In this document: one piece after another, positions 23,990-26,087 of the stretch | Numbering within the stretch: the stretch's first letter is position 1 | Layout: each line of letters begins with the position of its first letter | Source: a virus | Taxonomy: Duplodnaviria > Caudoviricetes | DNA length: 26,087 bases | Direction: 5' to 3' (one strand) | IMG/VR virus record: IMGVR_UViG_3300037311_000449 | Location: 1-26,087 of that record | Position numbers and translations under genes: made by a program | The notes under the pieces: generated by a model | Seen by the model: only the letters and a program-made list of their open reading frames with translations | What the model was told of the DNA's origin: nothing | Databases searched by the model: none

Positions 23990-25500
23990 AAGTTTACACC
24001 TAGCCGCTGCGAGAAGGCTTCTTTTGCTTCATCCACCAACCCCATGCGACTACCGTCAGGATAAGGTAAATCAAACTCGAACTCTAAAGCATCCCTCAGC
24101 TTTTTTACATTTATTTTTAGCGGGTTAGAGCATACCGCTTGCACATTGTGATTGCTATCATTCACCCGCACGATTTCAAAGAATTCCTTAAATAGCTCAT
24201 AGAATTCCCTCAGCGTATGGTACTTCTGCACCTTCGGCTGGTTACTGATATCACCCAACGTAATGCCCGGCTCATATTCGAGTAAAAACAATCGGGCGGT
24301 TGCCTGAGTTTTGCTTAAATACTTCACACCTTGCACCTGCCGCATTCCCGCCTGATTCATACTTGTTGCTGCCGCGTAGAGTTTCGTTTGCGGTGAAGCA
24401 AGTGCGGCGCAAATACAAGCAATGTGTCTTCGGTCTTCGGCAAACGGTACGCTATTTAGCACGCTGGAAATAAAAATCGATGAGTATTGCAGTTGCCGGT
24501 GAGCGATATCGTAAAAAAACTCACGGGTAAGTGATAAACTTTCCGCTTTGTCGATATCCTCACTTGCATCCACCCGGTAAGGCTCAAAGGGCGTAACCTG
24601 CACGCCGATTGATCGCAGTATCCGGGTTTCGTACAAATGCCCCGCGCCGAAATCCAGCACCACCTTGCCATGTTCTTTAATCCAGCGTTCGGCATTTTGC
24701 GGTTCGGTCACGTCAAAATGCTTGGACGTTTTGCTGCCGGCAATGGCGAAAATGAATCCACGTCCCAGCTGCTTACGCACACCGCGCAACCGCCGGAATG
24801 AGTTATAGCGCAGCAAATCCCGGTAACGATTATGGATATCAAAATCCATTGAAAGCAGGTTGAGCATGGCATCGGCCAGCCGCGCTTCGGCTTCGGTTAC
24901 AAACACCACCGTAATGGATGGCTTCTTGTTTTCCGCCAACATTTGCAAGCGGCCGATTCCGTTCACCACTTTCAAATCCTTTGTAGCAACCACCGGCATC
25001 ACCACGCCTTTGAGGTAAAGCGTTTTGGATATGCTGGCGGCGTAGGTAATCCACCGGCCAGAGTTTGCTTTAAGCAGTGGCGCCAGCGGCATGTCCTGCG
25101 CTTTCATGCAGGGGTAGAAGTCCGGCGTATCCGGTGTTTTATCCGGGATGGCATTTGCCAGGGAATCCAGATCAACCCGCGCCAACGCTTCGGTGATGTT
25201 CTTCGGCGTATCGCCGCAATCCAGATCATTGGTGGCGCGGTTAAAAGCGACGTTCACCGCCTTGCGCTCCGGCAGTTCCATTGCCTTCGTGATTGCCACC
25301 GGCACTTGGCGCACGCCCATGCGTTTCGCCACATGATGCCGCTGGTGGCCCGAAATGATTTCACCGTCCGGCGTTGCATAAATCGGTAACACGAAGCCCA
25401 GCTTGCGAAGCGAAAGCTCGATTAAATCAAGGCGGCGGGGATCCGCTGCGCGGGGGTTATAGGTGGACGGGTTAAGACTGTCGATATCAACCAATTTCAT
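23986..25500 (-). CDS. Tandem ParB/Srx domains fused to a Rossmann-fold methyltransferase-like domain (504 aa)
   Basis: ParB1: YNPR..GFVLPI..IISGHQR. ParB2: GVVMPVV..VVNGIGR. MTase-like: VLDFGAG, FEPY, IFISSVLNSV. Start moved to ATG 25500, an ATGA overlap with the upstream stop. Confidence 0.75.
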   Translation of the reverse strand: MKLVDIDSLNPSTYNPRAADPRRLDLIELSLRKLGFVLPIYATPDGEIISGHQRHHVAKRMGVRQVPVAITKAMELPERKAVNVAFNRATNDLDCGDTPKNITEALARVDLDSLANAIPDKTPDTPDFYPCMKAQDMPLAPLLKANSGRWITYAASISKTLYLKGVVMPVVATKDLKVVNGIGRLQMLAENKKPSITVVFVTEAEARLADAMLNLLSMDFDIHNRYRDLLRYNSFRRLRGVRKQLGRGFIFAIAGSKTSKHFDVTEPQNAERWIKEHGKVVLDFGAGHLYETRILRSIGVQVTPFEPYRVDASEDIDKAESLSLTREFFYDIAHRQLQYSSIFISSVLNSVPFAEDRRHIACICAALASPQTKLYAAATSMNQAGMRQVQGVKYLSKTQATARLFLLEYEPGITLGDISNQPKVQKYHTLREFYELFKEFFEIVRVNDSNHNVQAVCSNPLKINVKKLRDALEFEFDLPYPDGSRMGLVDEAKEAFSQRLGVNL

Positions 25501-26087
25501 AAGCCAAGCCTCCGTTGTAGTTCGGTAACGATGGCTTCCTTGTCGAAGCCCACCCGTTGCCTGATTTCTTCCATCCATTCGAGATAACGCCCGCGCTCAA
25601 TGACGAAGGTGTAAGGGCCAATGGTTGCCTTCGTGTCGGCTTCTTCCAGTTTGCCTTCTTCCTCGCCATCAATCCCATCGGCCAGATCACCCAGCAAATT
25701 TCTGAGATTGTTCAGTTCTTCTTCGTTGAAGCCGAGCAGCGATTTATCGTAGCCCTCCAAATCGAGTTCATTGATTTCCAGCTGCAGGAGTTCTTTATCC
25801 CACTGCGCTTCTTCGCCAGTTCGGTTGTCGGCAATGCGGTAGGCTTTGATCTGCTCCTTGGTTAAGCCCTCCGCAACATGCACCGGCACTTTCTTGATGC
25901 CCAATTTCTGCGCCGCCTGATAGCGAACATGGCCCACAACAATCACCATTTCGCTATCCACCACTATCGGCTGGCGAAACCCGTACTCCTTAATTGAAGC
26001 CGCCACTTTATCCACGGCATGCGCGGTTATCCTTGGATTGCGGGCGTATGGCACCAGCTTTTCAATATTCATCAACTCCACTTTCAT
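25497..26087 (-). CDS. ParB/Srx N-terminal domain protein
   Basis: LVPYARNPR..VAASIKEYGFRQPIVVD..IVVGHVR..YRIADNR..WD.ELL..E. Short acidic linker and a C-terminal module of about 50 aa. Confidence 0.88.
   Translation of the reverse strand: MKVELMNIEKLVPYARNPRITAHAVDKVAASIKEYGFRQPIVVDSEMVIVVGHVRYQAAQKLGIKKVPVHVAEGLTKEQIKAYRIADNRTGEEAQWDKELLQLEINELDLEGYDKSLLGFNEEELNNLRNLLGDLADGIDGEEEGKLEEADTKATIGPYTFVIERGRYLEWMEEIRQRVGFDKEAIVTELQRRLGL

Larger units (their letters stand above)
329..26087 (-). mobile_element. Lambda-like siphophage (probable prophage) late region with RcGTA-like tail tip; extends beyond the window on the right
   Basis: Co-oriented terminase-portal-capsid-neck-tail-lysis gene order with overlapping starts and stops. 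No integrase or att site is visible, so integration is inferred only from the convergent non-phage-like gene at 1..312. Confidence 0.9.

Noticed and set aside
23986-26087. ParABS partition system
   Set aside because: There is no ParA or evident parS in the window and no ParB HTH domain. The context is enzymes and terminase.
1-26087. CRISPR array, tRNA/rRNA genes, IS elements, introns or inteins
   Set aside because: Intergenic gaps are under about 100 nt once the GT frame is counted, no spaced repeats or transposase motifs were seen, and TerL and portal are of ordinary length.

Overview
The window is almost entirely the late region of a temperate, lambda-like siphophage, probably an alphaproteobacterial prophage. 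It is encoded as one tightly packed minus-strand operon from 26087 to 329. In transcription order it holds: (1) a four-gene putative DNA/nucleotide-modification cassette (ParB/Srx protein, ParB-ParB-methyltransferase fusion, atypical HAD protein, CmoA-like SAM-dependent enzyme); (2) a lambda-type head module (TerS, GpA-type TerL, gpW, portal, protease-scaffold-capsid fusion, DUF2190); (3) neck and tail genes, including a tail chaperone with an unannotated -1 frameshift product and a tape measure protein; (4) an RcGTA-type tail tip (DUF2460, DUF2163, NlpC/P60, GTA-TIM megatron, DUF2793 fibre) and three more fibre-like genes; (5) a lysis cassette with a GH24 lysozyme. One convergent plus-strand gene (1..312) encodes a Cys/Met-rich metallothionein-like lipoprotein. 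The best candidate for an undescribed system is the modification cassette abutting terS (22924..26087). Family assignments come from motif recognition by eye and recalled sequences; no searches were run. Several starts were moved from the ORF track using RBS and overlap evidence. No integrase, att site, RNA gene or CRISPR array was seen.
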